Shown here: in pieces, positions 33,035 through 43,085 of the stretch | Layout of the letters: each line of letters starts with the position of its first letter | Position numbering within the stretch: position 1 is the first letter of the stretch | Assembly (NCBI GenBank): GCA_041651055.1 | Contig: JBAZJW010000004.1 | Span: 2,018-66,017 of the forward strand | Direction of reading: 5' to 3' | Source: Minisyncoccota bacterium | GTDB taxonomy: Bacteria; Patescibacteriota; Minisyncoccia; Phycocordibacterales; UBA5272 | DNA: 64,000 nucleotides | Position numbers and translations under genes: made by a program | The notes under the pieces: model-generated | The model's database searches: none | Seen by the model: only the letters and a program-made list of their open reading frames with translations | Told to the model about the DNA's origin: nothing

Positions 33035-36000
33035 TTACCAATGACGTGCGTTGGGTGGTTTCTTAGCGTCTATCGTCCGCTTACCAGCCAGCCACGTCCA
33101 GGGTGGTTCACCCCTGGCTGACTCCCTACCAATTTTCGTAGCCTGCGCTGTCCCAGGTACCCCAAACCCCTTAGCAGCTAACTCAGCAGACTTAGCCGTG
33201 AAAATGTCACCCTTATATAACTGTCTAACCGCTTCCTCACCAAACTTCACCGCAGGTCCGAACGGAGTTTGACCATATCTAATCCCACCACCTATCACCG
33301 GGACATTCTCAAGTAGCTCCTTAGCCATCTGCCAACTAGCACTAGGCAAGGACTCTCCTTCTTCCAACGCTTCAGCAGCAGCCCGAAGTGGCGTAGGGAA
33401 CGGTGAATTCATACCCATGAAGTCTTCATACAGCATATTAATCAACGTCGTAGACACAATATACTTCCCTAACTTCTCAAACCTCTCCTTGGAGTTAATT
33501 CTCGGATTACCCATCCCTAGTACGTCCCGGATGAAAAAATTCCAGTCATTAATTACAAACGTCTGCAGCAACGTCAACATCCTACCTTCTTGACTCCGCT
33601 GAATCTTAGCAATATCACTCGGTGCCCCGGACGCTTGGGTCTTAACCACTACATCATCAGCATAGTTAGCTGCTTTACTCTTACTCAACCCATCAGCCAT
33701 ACCTTTTCTATATGCACCTCTCCATGTAGTCCACGCGGTTGCAATATCTAACCACTGAATAGGCTTCATACCAGCTTTACCAATGACTTGCTTAGTCTGA
33801 CCTATCCTCCCGCCTCTTATGGCATCGAACGCCTGTTGCATAGACACATCATAAGCTCTACCTAACAATACGTTAGACCTACCAAACGGTTCACGCCAGA
33901 GTCGCCTATTGCCGATTGACTCAATTAAGTCTCTCACCCCTTGAAAGGTATGTTTGACTCCTATCTCTGGTATCGTGTTTCTCAACGCACTAAACTGTAT
34001 CAACATGGTTCTCAAATTATAACTAAGCAACGCAAACGTCATGTTTCTATTCAACGCCATGATAGCTCTAGCAACGTTACCATGTAGCAACACCGTGCCT
34101 TGTTGTATACCTGTTTGATATGTCAACCAATCATTCACATACTTATAGAAGTTAGGATGTGTTTGGGACAACTGCCATTTATCACCCGTCGCGGCGTCTT
34201 GGAAAATCCCACTCAACTCTCTAATCTTAGCAATCCTTGGACTCATGTGGATATGTTTAACTGCCTGAGGTAGATACTTCTCCATAATCGTGAAGGCATC
34301 CAGCTCAAGTGGTAGCAACTCCTTACCTCTATGCTTAGCATACTTAAACGGTGTCGCAGTAGGATGAATGAACCGCTCAAGTGTGTCCAACCCCTGGGTC
34401 ATGGGGTTCATACCTAGGTTCTCTAACTTACTAAAATCATGCATAAAGGTGAAGTAGTTTTCAACCTTCGGAAACGGGGCATGACCACTAGCAACCCTAG
34501 CTGCGTTTAATCTTAGGTAAAACTCATCCAGCTTCTCACGCATCAACTTATAAACCTGCATCTCACTATCACTCAGCTTAGGTACCTCTGTTATACCCAT
34601 AGCTTTCAACCGTTCTAACCCATCATTATACCAAACCATTTGTTTACTTTTGGGATCACGTATATATGATCTCTGTTGCGCAATAGCATACGTCCCGATT
34701 CGTTTCCTAGCGTTGTAGTCAATCATCTCACGGAGGGTTTGCATCCACTTATCAACCGTCCTGCGCTCGACTGCTACAGCATGTTCACCTTCCTTAATGG
34801 GTCTATAAAATAGTTCCTTAGCCTCTGGTCCGGCGTATTCAAACACCCGTATAGGATTCTCAAATAACTCCCTATACGTACTCATAGGTATCTCATTCAA
34901 ATTTTGAGCTATGTTACGCTCTAGACCCTTGACCTCAGGTGCGTATAACTTCTTACCCTTGAACGTAATCGTCCTGCGTTTCTTAACCGTCTCGTTCCAG
35001 TCAGTCGTGAACAACTTCTCATTAGGTATCTGCTTCTGAAACGGGGTTTTCATTTGAGACTCGGCACGTATAATTTTGATCCTGTCAACTAAATCATCAA
35101 ACATCTTCTGGAACCCTAACATATCCAACGTAACCGTAGGCACTTCCTGAGCCTGTCCAAGCCTAACCAAGTCATCCATGCCCATAGACTTAAATCTTAG
35201 TTTACCTTTGTCCTCACTTAGATACGACACCCACATCTTATTCTTAATGTTAGGATCAGGCACGATACCTACTATCGTCCCAAACCCAGGTACTTTATCA
35301 CCCTTCTTGACCGACCTAAACGTCTTCCCAGGTACCACTGCAGTGGCTTTTTCTTCTTGTGTTAATCCAACGCTTGGTCTCTCAACAGACACCCCAACAT
35401 CTGCTAAGTCATCAAATATATCACTCTCACCTTCAGCTACTCTCATCCCAGGTTCCGGGGCTTCTACGTCTGATTTGGGGCGTATCACTTGAGTACCCTT
35501 AGTAGGTGTGACAGGTGGACTAGGCTCAACCTTAGGTGCAACTTTAACTTCTGCCTTAACTGGAGGTGCTTTTTTCTCAACAACCGGTGGCTTAACCTTC
35601 GTAGCTACTGTTTTTCCTTCCTGCACCAACGGCTCAGTAAACTGTCCACTCCCTAAGGTCTTCTCCAAGTCCGGCATCGCAGCTTTTAGTGTTCTCCCAA
35701 CCGCACTATCCTCAGCCTCTATAACCTTTAATGCACTCAACGTGTCAGTAGGCCCAAACACTTCCTTAGCTGCTTGTACCAACACACCCAAATCAAACGT
35801 CTCAACCTCTGTACCCGGCACCCCTCTAGCAAAAGACTTATTCAACATATTCACGAACGTTCCATACAACTCATCTTGCTTCTGTTGTGCTACCTTCATA
35901 TCCCCATACGAAGGCATCCCTAACCTCTTTCTAACCTGATTAATAAACCCCAAGGCACTTACACCACTACTCTTAGCCAAGTGACCCTCAGCTACATACC

Positions 36001-37312
36001 TTTCTTTCCTAACCCTAGCAGCTTCCATTATACGTTTAGCCGCTTCAGGTATTGTAGCTGGCTCATTAGGTATTGCGGTTCCCATCGTAGCCTTAGGTGC
36101 AACATCACCACCGGTCACTACGGGTTGTGTTCTGCCTAATGTCTCGGCCTGTGGTATGCCAACCTTCAAGTCCATTCCTAGCGTTGGCGCGATACTCTCA
36201 CCTTCTACAATCCCACCAGCAGGTACCGGCTTAGGTGGTACTCCCTTAATATCAGGCATCGTCGCGCCTTGCATCACAACACCACCACTTCTACCAACTT
36301 CTGATGACGGTACCTGAACCTTAGACAACGACTCACCTTCTACGATGCCACCCTTGTCAACGTTTTTAATCTCAGGTTGATAGTTAACCTGTCTACCTGC
36401 ACCCGGTTGTATATTCTGCCACGTCGCGCCTTCTTTGATACCCCACAACCTAGCATCATACGCCTTTCTAAGAGTGTGCGCGATCTTACGCTTCATATGT
36501 ACATCATCTAACTCACTCAAATACTTAATCTGATCCATCACATGTGGAGGTATCTCACCCACGAACCCTTTAGGTACCTTTAACTTAGCCAGTTGTGCAG
36601 CCGGTACCAACGCCATAGAAGGATCAGTTATAACTTCCATTATCAACTTAATACTCGGCGCGAGTCGCTTGGCCCAGACTTTAGAATCCTTAACTCCTAT
36701 CTCCTCAAACCCGGCTTCTAAGTCCTGGTCAATAGTCTTACCCATGTGCATCTTGTAGTAGTCTTCAAACGTCACACCCCATTTGCCAGGTGTTGAGATG
36801 CTCTCTAACGTACTCACGAACCCGGCCCCCATTCTAACAGCGATCTGCTGCCAATACGGCATCTTCCAAAACTGTTGTGGATCATACGTCTCAGCAGACA
36901 TATACCCCAACATAAACGGCTGACCAGTCATAGCATTTAACGTACCCAATCCTACTCCTGCTGTCCTAGATGCTACCTTCAACGCACCCACACCAGCTTC
37001 AGCCATAGGTGATAGTGGTTCTTTAACTGCTAGGCTATTCAAGTAACTATCAAAATTAGACTTCCCTTGAGGTTGCTCCTTAATCTCTAACCTATTCATT
37101 GCACTTATGAAGTTTCCTTCGTTGTCTGGACTAGCCTCTAAATAACCACGTGTCTTATCGGCTAATTTTAAGTCACTCATTGGATCGGTTCCAAGTTCAT
37201 ACGCACGTCTATGTTCAGTCGTTAACTGTTCAAGCTCATTCGTGGCAGTGAGTGGTTGGACCGTTACTGGTGTTACACCAATACTACTCCAATCGCGTTG
37301 TGCACTTACCAT
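33035..37312 (-). CDS. very large virion protein (1425 aa; internal/ejection or tape-measure-like) with Pro-rich linker
   Basis: Single uninterrupted ORF. KVKPPVVEKKAPPVKAEVKVAPKVEPSPPVTP linker. Last gene of the minus-strand late operon. Confidence 0.55.
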   Translation of the reverse strand: MVSAQRDWSSIGVTPVTVQPLTATNELEQLTTEHRRAYELGTDPMSDLKLADKTRGYLEASPDNEGNFISAMNRLEIKEQPQGKSNFDSYLNSLAVKEPLSPMAEAGVGALKVASRTAGVGLGTLNAMTGQPFMLGYMSAETYDPQQFWKMPYWQQIAVRMGAGFVSTLESISTPGKWGVTFEDYYKMHMGKTIDQDLEAGFEEIGVKDSKVWAKRLAPSIKLIMEVITDPSMALVPAAQLAKLKVPKGFVGEIPPHVMDQIKYLSELDDVHMKRKIAHTLRKAYDARLWGIKEGATWQNIQPGAGRQVNYQPEIKNVDKGGIVEGESLSKVQVPSSEVGRSGGVVMQGATMPDIKGVPPKPVPAGGIVEGESIAPTLGMDLKVGIPQAETLGRTQPVVTGGDVAPKATMGTAIPNEPATIPEAAKRIMEAARVRKERYVAEGHLAKSSGVSALGFINQVRKRLGMPSYGDMKVAQQKQDELYGTFVNMLNKSFARGVPGTEVETFDLGVLVQAAKEVFGPTDTLSALKVIEAEDSAVGRTLKAAMPDLEKTLGSGQFTEPLVQEGKTVATKVKPPVVEKKAPPVKAEVKVAPKVEPSPPVTPTKGTQVIRPKSDVEAPEPGMRVAEGESDIFDDLADVGVSVERPSVGLTQEEKATAVVPGKTFRSVKKGDKVPGFGTIVGIVPDPNIKNKMWVSYLSEDKGKLRFKSMGMDDLVRLGQAQEVPTVTLDMLGFQKMFDDLVDRIKIIRAESQMKTPFQKQIPNEKLFTTDWNETVKKRRTITFKGKKLYAPEVKGLERNIAQNLNEIPMSTYRELFENPIRVFEYAGPEAKELFYRPIKEGEHAVAVERRTVDKWMQTLREMIDYNARKRIGTYAIAQQRSYIRDPKSKQMVWYNDGLERLKAMGITEVPKLSDSEMQVYKLMREKLDEFYLRLNAARVASGHAPFPKVENYFTFMHDFSKLENLGMNPMTQGLDTLERFIHPTATPFKYAKHRGKELLPLELDAFTIMEKYLPQAVKHIHMSPRIAKIRELSGIFQDAATGDKWQLSQTHPNFYKYVNDWLTYQTGIQQGTVLLHGNVARAIMALNRNMTFALLSYNLRTMLIQFSALRNTIPEIGVKHTFQGVRDLIESIGNRRLWREPFGRSNVLLGRAYDVSMQQAFDAIRGGRIGQTKQVIGKAGMKPIQWLDIATAWTTWRGAYRKGMADGLSKSKAANYADDVVVKTQASGAPSDIAKIQRSQEGRMLTLLQTFVINDWNFFIRDVLGMGNPRINSKERFEKLGKYIVSTTLINMLYEDFMGMNSPFPTPLRAAAEALEEGESLPSASWQMAKELLENVPVIGGGIRYGQTPFGPAVKFGEEAVRQLYKGDIFTAKSAELAAKGFGVPGTAQATKIGRESARGEPPWTWLAGKRTIDAKKPPNARHW

Positions 37313-38298
37313 CAGCGTTTCCTCATGTGTGCAATAATATCATTTAATATAGAATCAAGTGTTCTACCACTACGTTTTGCTTCTTGTCTGAGTTCCCCTA
37401 TAGTTGGTCGCCAAGGACTGCCATCTGCATTTTTACCAACTGGTAGTTCTATACCCACTAAACTACCACCTGATCTAAGTGTGTTTGGTTCCCATATATA
37501 AAACCTACCAGAATTATCTAGTATCAAATCATTAAGCTGTCTTGCTATCTCCATACCACCTTCTTTGGTTACTTTTGGTTCAGCAGCGTCTTTCATTAGT
37601 TTTTCACGACGCTCTTGTGCTTCCATACTTTGTCTATTAATCTGTATTTCGGTTGGTGGTTTAACACTAATCGTACTAGGCTTACCCTTAACTAACGTTC
37701 CTTTCTCATTAGCTTCACGTAGTTCCAGTTCTTGCTTGTTGAGTTTACTAGGATGCGCAGTCATAATATGTTGATACTCAGCATCGGTTAACTCTATCGT
37801 AAACCCATTAGTCATATTAGTATAACTCTGCTTACTCTCCTTCTCCTCTTTCTTAGCAGCAGCGTCCTTAGCACCTTTCAACCTAGCTTCTAGTTCCTGT
37901 ATCTCCAACCCGCGCTTCTTGAGTTCATGCTCCCTAGTGAGTGCACTCTCACCACGCTTTAATCCATACTCCTCAGCCTCCTGTCCCATCTTCCACTTCT
38001 CGTGTCCCATCTTCTCGCGTTCTAACTCATACTTAGCCTTATCCCACGGAGCAATCTCCTTTGGTTGTAACCACCCAATCCCACCAATACTCAACACTCC
38101 AGGTGTCTTAGCACCCTTCTCAGGATCAACAGGCTCCCAATGACCACTCTCAATTAACTTCATATACGTCTGCAACGCATCCTTACCACGGTCTAACTCC
38201 TCTTGTCGATACTTCTCCTGCGTTGCAGCAGCACCTTTAAGATACCCACCTGCAAGCGACCCAATTCCAGGCGCAGCATTGTCTAAGAACGTAGCCAT
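37312..38298 (-). CDS. coiled-coil, Lys/Glu-rich virion protein (328 aa)
   Basis: ATGA overlap with the 1425-aa gene. Charged heptad repeats. Confidence 0.5.
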   Translation of the reverse strand: MATFLDNAAPGIGSLAGGYLKGAAATQEKYRQEELDRGKDALQTYMKLIESGHWEPVDPEKGAKTPGVLSIGGIGWLQPKEIAPWDKAKYELEREKMGHEKWKMGQEAEEYGLKRGESALTREHELKKRGLEIQELEARLKGAKDAAAKKEEKESKQSYTNMTNGFTIELTDAEYQHIMTAHPSKLNKQELELREANEKGTLVKGKPSTISVKPPTEIQINRQSMEAQERREKLMKDAAEPKVTKEGGMEIARQLNDLILDNSGRFYIWEPNTLRSGGSLVGIELPVGKNADGSPWRPTIGELRQEAKRSGRTLDSILNDIIAHMRKR

Positions 38299-38308
38299 TT
38301 AGAACCTC

Positions 38309-39124
38309 CTATCTATAGATAAACCTAGCTTCTGACGGCCAGTCTTCAGTAAACGTTTCAGCAGATGTTTTTGCAGGTGTGGTGGTTACCTGTCCAGTTG
38401 TACTAGCTGGAGTCTTAGAACTCAACTTAGCCAACGACTCACCAATCCCACTCAACGTTTCACCCGTATCCTTGTTCTGATAATACGACGTCTGCATTAC
38501 CTGATTAGGCGAGGCAGCAGCTGTAGTCGGATACCCCTGTAGTATCCCACTAGCTGACTGATACCCCGTGTTCAAATTCGTAGGTTGTGTCTTACCAAAC
38601 TCCAATGCCTTACCCATGTACTCGTTCTTCAACGTAAGGTTCAACGTCTTCCTATCCTCACGTGACTTAGCAGTCGCAGCAGCTTTCTCGTCTTGGGCTT
38701 TCATAGCAACATCAGCTAACATTCTCATTTTCAACCCACCCGTTGGCACCTTATCTGCTATCATACGTCTGGCTGTCTCAGCCTGTGCGTCTATGTCACG
38801 TAGCTTAGCCTGCGTTGCATATTCAATCTCGTCAAATTGACTCTTAAACACATCCAACGCTTCTGGCTCAGCACCCTGTAAAATTGCACGAAACAACCCG
38901 GCTGTCCTACCCCATGACTCAGGATCATTCATAGACTCAACAGATGAGAGATTTTTCAAGGCCATCTGTCTAATCAAATCCTGGTTAGCAGATATACGAC
39001 TTCCTTGTGCTTCTGATGCTTCAACTTGATTATTATAATCGCTCTGACCTTTAATACTACTATACAAACTCGCAGCAGAACCTACCCCACCTACGATAGC
39101 AGAAAACGTATCTAACCAGCCCAT
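38309..39124 (-). CDS. hypothetical virion protein with hydrophobic Gly-rich N-terminus (271 aa)
   Basis: N-terminus MGWLDTFSAIVGGVGSAASLY. Confidence 0.5.
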   Translation of the reverse strand: MGWLDTFSAIVGGVGSAASLYSSIKGQSDYNNQVEASEAQGSRISANQDLIRQMALKNLSSVESMNDPESWGRTAGLFRAILQGAEPEALDVFKSQFDEIEYATQAKLRDIDAQAETARRMIADKVPTGGLKMRMLADVAMKAQDEKAAATAKSREDRKTLNLTLKNEYMGKALEFGKTQPTNLNTGYQSASGILQGYPTTAAASPNQVMQTSYYQNKDTGETLSGIGESLAKLSSKTPASTTGQVTTTPAKTSAETFTEDWPSEARFIYR

Positions 39125-39135
39125 TCTAGTACCTC

Positions 39136-39429
39136 CTATGGATACACCCTACCTATGTTAGTCAACACCACCGTCCCTGCTGAGTTAATAGTCACACGCC
39201 AATAACTAGCCGGGTTTCCGTTATCTCTCAACACAACTCCCTTAGTATTATCCGTTATAACCACATCACTCCCATGCTCAACATAATTATAAAACTTCCC
39301 ATGACCTCGATAACCCTCTAAGTTATCCATTCGTGTGCTTATCAACTCAAATATCCTATTAGCCTCAAGCACCCAGTCATAAGGATCGTCACCTCTAATT
39401 TTATACATTGTCCCGGCTTGCTCGGTCAT
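39136..39429 (-). CDS. hypothetical structural protein (97 aa)
   Basis: Tightly packed in the operon. Confidence 0.45.
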   Translation of the reverse strand: MTEQAGTMYKIRGDDPYDWVLEANRIFELISTRMDNLEGYRGHGKFYNYVEHGSDVVITDNTKGVVLRDNGNPASYWRVTINSAGTVVLTNIGRVYP

Positions 39430-41300
39430 CGCACTTCAATCTCCCTTAACTCGTGGCTCGTAGGCCCGGCATTAGTATTAGTCGCCTTAACATATACAAA
39501 CCTACCCTTAATCTTAGACTCAAAACTCCTCCAGTTATACGCATCAGCATGTGTGAGACTCGTCAACGTCACACTATACCTAGACACCCCATCCACAAAA
39601 AACTCCAACGTCCAACTCCCATCAGCATCGACCCTATATTCTTTTAACCAAGACGTCTCAGTCACTCGTTTAGCTTTCACACCATATGCTACTTCTGGAC
39701 TCTTAACCAGGTCTTCTGGAGCAGATGTGAAGTCATAATTCTTAGTCACTACCTCTACCGAAATACTTTCATCTGTTGTACCTACATCACCACTCAACAA
39801 CTGATACACCGTTGAATTACCACTACTTGTACTAAACTGGTAATCCGTTGACCCATACAACACCCCATTAGCATCATCACCGAAAATATCGTCTAGTCTA
39901 GTTGTTATGAGTCTCCACTGTTTCTCAACAGGGTTGAATTCTAGCAAGTTATTAGCCGACGTCCCGGTGGTGTCTTTCATAGGTGCAATCAAATAATACC
40001 TACCATTATAACAGGTAGCTCTACACTTACTCGGGGCTTGGTCTCTATCGACTACCGAATACAACGACGTTGGACTCTGCCAAAACGCCTTCTCGATGGG
40101 TGTACTCACACACGTACTCTTAACCCCATCAAACATATACACCCCATCTCTAGCTAAGTAATAAATCCCCCCACCTACGCTAGCTACCGACCACCTTGCA
40201 TACGTCCCAACTGTAGCTTTGGTCTCATCAGTTGTAAACGTATCAGGATATTCAGTGTAACCACTCAACCCAACCACACTATGCTGGGTAACAATATACA
40301 ACTTCCCTTCTGCTATGGCTAGGTTTTGTACCACCGTACCAGCCTGGCCCGCTTCGACATAATACGTCGACGGCCAGCTGTCTGGTTGGTCTGCAATACA
40401 ATTATAAACTCTATTTCTATAATTCGTATCACCCGTTAAAAACAACACATTTTTCAACGCCATAACCACATCGCACGTAGGTGGTATCCCAGCGTCTGTT
40501 ACAGCAACTTGAGTGAGGTTACTATCAGGTATCGTGTCGACATAATATGTCACTACATTATCAGGTATAATGGCTATTAAGTATCTAGTCCCACCATCGG
40601 CTATAGTTCTATACAACCTTCTAGCTGTGATCCTACTATCATTAGATACTGTCAAGTTAGCAACCATCACAGATTGATCGTCTGTCACAGTTATACTCGC
40701 ACACGCAGGTGATGGCTCAGACTCAGCGCCTGTAGCGCCATCATAAAACGTATACACATACGAATACGCACCAGCTGACAACTGCCCGGTTGCCGAGTCA
40801 ATACTAACCAGCGGTGCACTCTCAGGAGCGTCGATACCCCAGGTTTTAGTAGACGTTCCGTTGTCAGCTATCATCGTAACGCCGTCGGTCATGTAGACAT
40901 AGGTATACGTACTTATCTCAGGCTTAACCGCAGCATACGAAATATGTCTAGCACTTGTCAAACTAGATGATATAGACGTGGTAACATTAGTAAGTGAATT
41001 CCACCTAGACGTGCCAGTTGATCCACTATGAAAAATCAACTGTTTATCTATACCCTCAACGTTGATCTGAAATAAATTACTAATCACTCCTACCGTTAAT
41101 TGACTATTAAAATACGGCGTATGCACCGCGTGTCTCTCACGACACCTAACCGCTCCAGTATTATCGAAGTTGACATTCTTACCTACATACACGCTATCAT
41201 CGTGCATCAACTCATGCCGAGCTTTGTTTTGCCAACCTTGTTTAAAATCACCAATTAAAAGGCTCATTTTCTGTTGAATATCCTCCGCACTGAATCGCAC
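39426..41300 (-). CDS. tail protein (624 aa)
   Basis: Long beta-rich ORF in the tail gene block. Confidence 0.5.
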   Translation of the reverse strand: MRFSAEDIQQKMSLLIGDFKQGWQNKARHELMHDDSVYVGKNVNFDNTGAVRCRERHAVHTPYFNSQLTVGVISNLFQINVEGIDKQLIFHSGSTGTSRWNSLTNVTTSISSSLTSARHISYAAVKPEISTYTYVYMTDGVTMIADNGTSTKTWGIDAPESAPLVSIDSATGQLSAGAYSYVYTFYDGATGAESEPSPACASITVTDDQSVMVANLTVSNDSRITARRLYRTIADGGTRYLIAIIPDNVVTYYVDTIPDSNLTQVAVTDAGIPPTCDVVMALKNVLFLTGDTNYRNRVYNCIADQPDSWPSTYYVEAGQAGTVVQNLAIAEGKLYIVTQHSVVGLSGYTEYPDTFTTDETKATVGTYARWSVASVGGGIYYLARDGVYMFDGVKSTCVSTPIEKAFWQSPTSLYSVVDRDQAPSKCRATCYNGRYYLIAPMKDTTGTSANNLLEFNPVEKQWRLITTRLDDIFGDDANGVLYGSTDYQFSTSSGNSTVYQLLSGDVGTTDESISVEVVTKNYDFTSAPEDLVKSPEVAYGVKAKRVTETSWLKEYRVDADGSWTLEFFVDGVSRYSVTLTSLTHADAYNWRSFESKIKGRFVYVKATNTNAGPTSHELREIEVR

Positions 41301-42340
41301 TCCAACATAAATATAACCTCAAATGCCTTAGCTTTGTCAACATCTCTACCAGAACCTTCTGCGTTGAAGGCTAGTGCCAACACGCCATGCTGGATAATAG
41401 GTATAAAGCAGTCATTCAAATAAATCTCACTCTCAACATTAGGCGTATCGTCTATTAGTCCCTTATACCACACATGCAACGCACCATCTGATACCCTACC
41501 CATTGTAACAATCCCATACGGACCATCTAACCTAACTACTGCCGTTGGCGTACTTGCTACTCCCTGTGCATAGGCGTCACTAACTGTACCATAATTAGAC
41601 GTGAAGTCTTGATTCACGCCGTTTATTTCCATTCTAGTTAACTTACCATACTGTCCAGATGTTAATATCACACCACTATCATCAGCAGTTACTGACCATC
41701 CCATACTACTGGAGTCTGCTAATACTACTGTATTAGCTGTAGTTGTTGCAGACGTAGTCGCAGACAATACTCCACTTGTGTCAACTGACAGCGACCAAAA
41801 TGTTGTAGGTCCACTTAATATAATTGTTTGGGTAGTACCAGTGAGCACAGATGTTGTGGACAATACTCCACTAGTATTTACACTTACTGTCCACAACGCG
41901 TCACTTGAATCCGCTAAGGTAACACTCGTAACCACTTCCCATCCAAACGGTCCGATTGCTCCAGTAGGTACAGGTACCACTCTAACTGTTGCATCCCTAC
42001 CTGTGCCCATTACTGTAGCTGCAAGCGGACTCGTGCCTGTGGTTCCTAATGACCACGTCGCGGTCACGAAGTCTAACTCACCTAATGATACTATGTCTAG
42101 CTGAGATTTGTCATAACTCACATAATGCGCGTTTAGGAAATTACTCGGTACATTAGCCTCACCCGTTGTGGTACTAACATACCTAAGTGAATCTCCATCT
42201 ACAATAAGAGTTGCTTCTGCAAATCGTCTGAGAGTTTTACGTAAATAACTAAGTATACTAGCGGGTGTCCAAATAGGCGCATAAGTGACGTCTTCACCTA
42301 ATAAGTCTAACACATCTGAGATAAAGTCGTTAGCTTTCAT
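41264..42340 (-). CDS. tail fibre-like protein with internal Thr/Ser-rich repeats (358 aa)
   Basis: Repeated motifs VDTSGVLSATTSATT and VNTSGVLSTTSVLTGTT. Confidence 0.5.
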   Translation of the reverse strand: MKANDFISDVLDLLGEDVTYAPIWTPASILSYLRKTLRRFAEATLIVDGDSLRYVSTTTGEANVPSNFLNAHYVSYDKSQLDIVSLGELDFVTATWSLGTTGTSPLAATVMGTGRDATVRVVPVPTGAIGPFGWEVVTSVTLADSSDALWTVSVNTSGVLSTTSVLTGTTQTIILSGPTTFWSLSVDTSGVLSATTSATTTANTVVLADSSSMGWSVTADDSGVILTSGQYGKLTRMEINGVNQDFTSNYGTVSDAYAQGVASTPTAVVRLDGPYGIVTMGRVSDGALHVWYKGLIDDTPNVESEIYLNDCFIPIIQHGVLALAFNAEGSGRDVDKAKAFEVIFMLECDSVRRIFNRK

Positions 42341-42350
42341 ATGAGTCCTG

Positions 42351-43085
42351 TTATGTGGTTTCCTCTTTCTCCTGCTTAGGTGCAGCTACCTTTCGCTGTT
42401 GCTCAGTAATGTTGTCATATATAAACTCTGGTGGGAATGGTTCATGATCCCGGCCACCCGGAAAACGTGACTTAACACTAACCGTGAATTTGTCTAATTC
42501 CTCAGTATACTTTTTATACTCATCTACCATATCCTTAGCTCTACCAGGTTCACTAGCAAACGCAGCAAACCTAGTATACCTAAACAACACCATAACATGA
42601 CTATCAGGAATCCTAGGTACCGATGTAGACGTCAACGTCGCAGGTTCAAACGCCCCAATAATCGTATATTGACTATCCCCCTGATCGTCTATTGGACACG
42701 TCACGATAGCAGCATGTGCATAGTTAAATGGATTCAACAACGTATAATACTGCGCCCCGGCTGAGTCTACAGTACCTTCCCACCCACTTGCATAGAACTC
42801 AAATTGATCTAACATACACGGATGAATACGCTTGCCTGAGTTGCTGTCTGCTATATATAAGGGTGCTATACAAACTTCACTACTACTTCCCAACGGTACC
42901 GCAAAGAAGTTTCTAGTACCGTCTATGTTAATACTATCTCTGCGTTCGTCGAACAACGTGAACAACGCAGTAAGTTTGTATCCTTCGTTTAGACGTTCCA
43001 ATAAAAACGCGTCTGTGCGATAGATGTTGTCGTCTTCTAGAGAGGTTTTAATTGTCGTTAACAACTCTGAAGTTAGCATTATCAC
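42351..43085 (-). CDS. hypothetical tail-associated protein (244 aa)
   Basis: ATGA overlap with the upstream tailspike gene. Confidence 0.45.
   Translation of the reverse strand: MIMLTSELLTTIKTSLEDDNIYRTDAFLLERLNEGYKLTALFTLFDERRDSINIDGTRNFFAVPLGSSSEVCIAPLYIADSNSGKRIHPCMLDQFEFYASGWEGTVDSAGAQYYTLLNPFNYAHAAIVTCPIDDQGDSQYTIIGAFEPATLTSTSVPRIPDSHVMVLFRYTRFAAFASEPGRAKDMVDEYKKYTEELDKFTVSVKSRFPGGRDHEPFPPEFIYDNITEQQRKVAAPKQEKEETT

Noticed and set aside
35178-35939. Plus-strand ORFs (35178..35492, 35508..35939) and similar ones inside the minus-strand structural genes (for example 38568..38840, 41778..42104, 43784..44489, 46863..47314, 53047..53577, 56734..57278, 58092..59315)
   Set aside because: Antisense shadows of long, tightly packed minus-strand genes. 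Proline/serine/threonine-rich low-complexity translations, no RBS.
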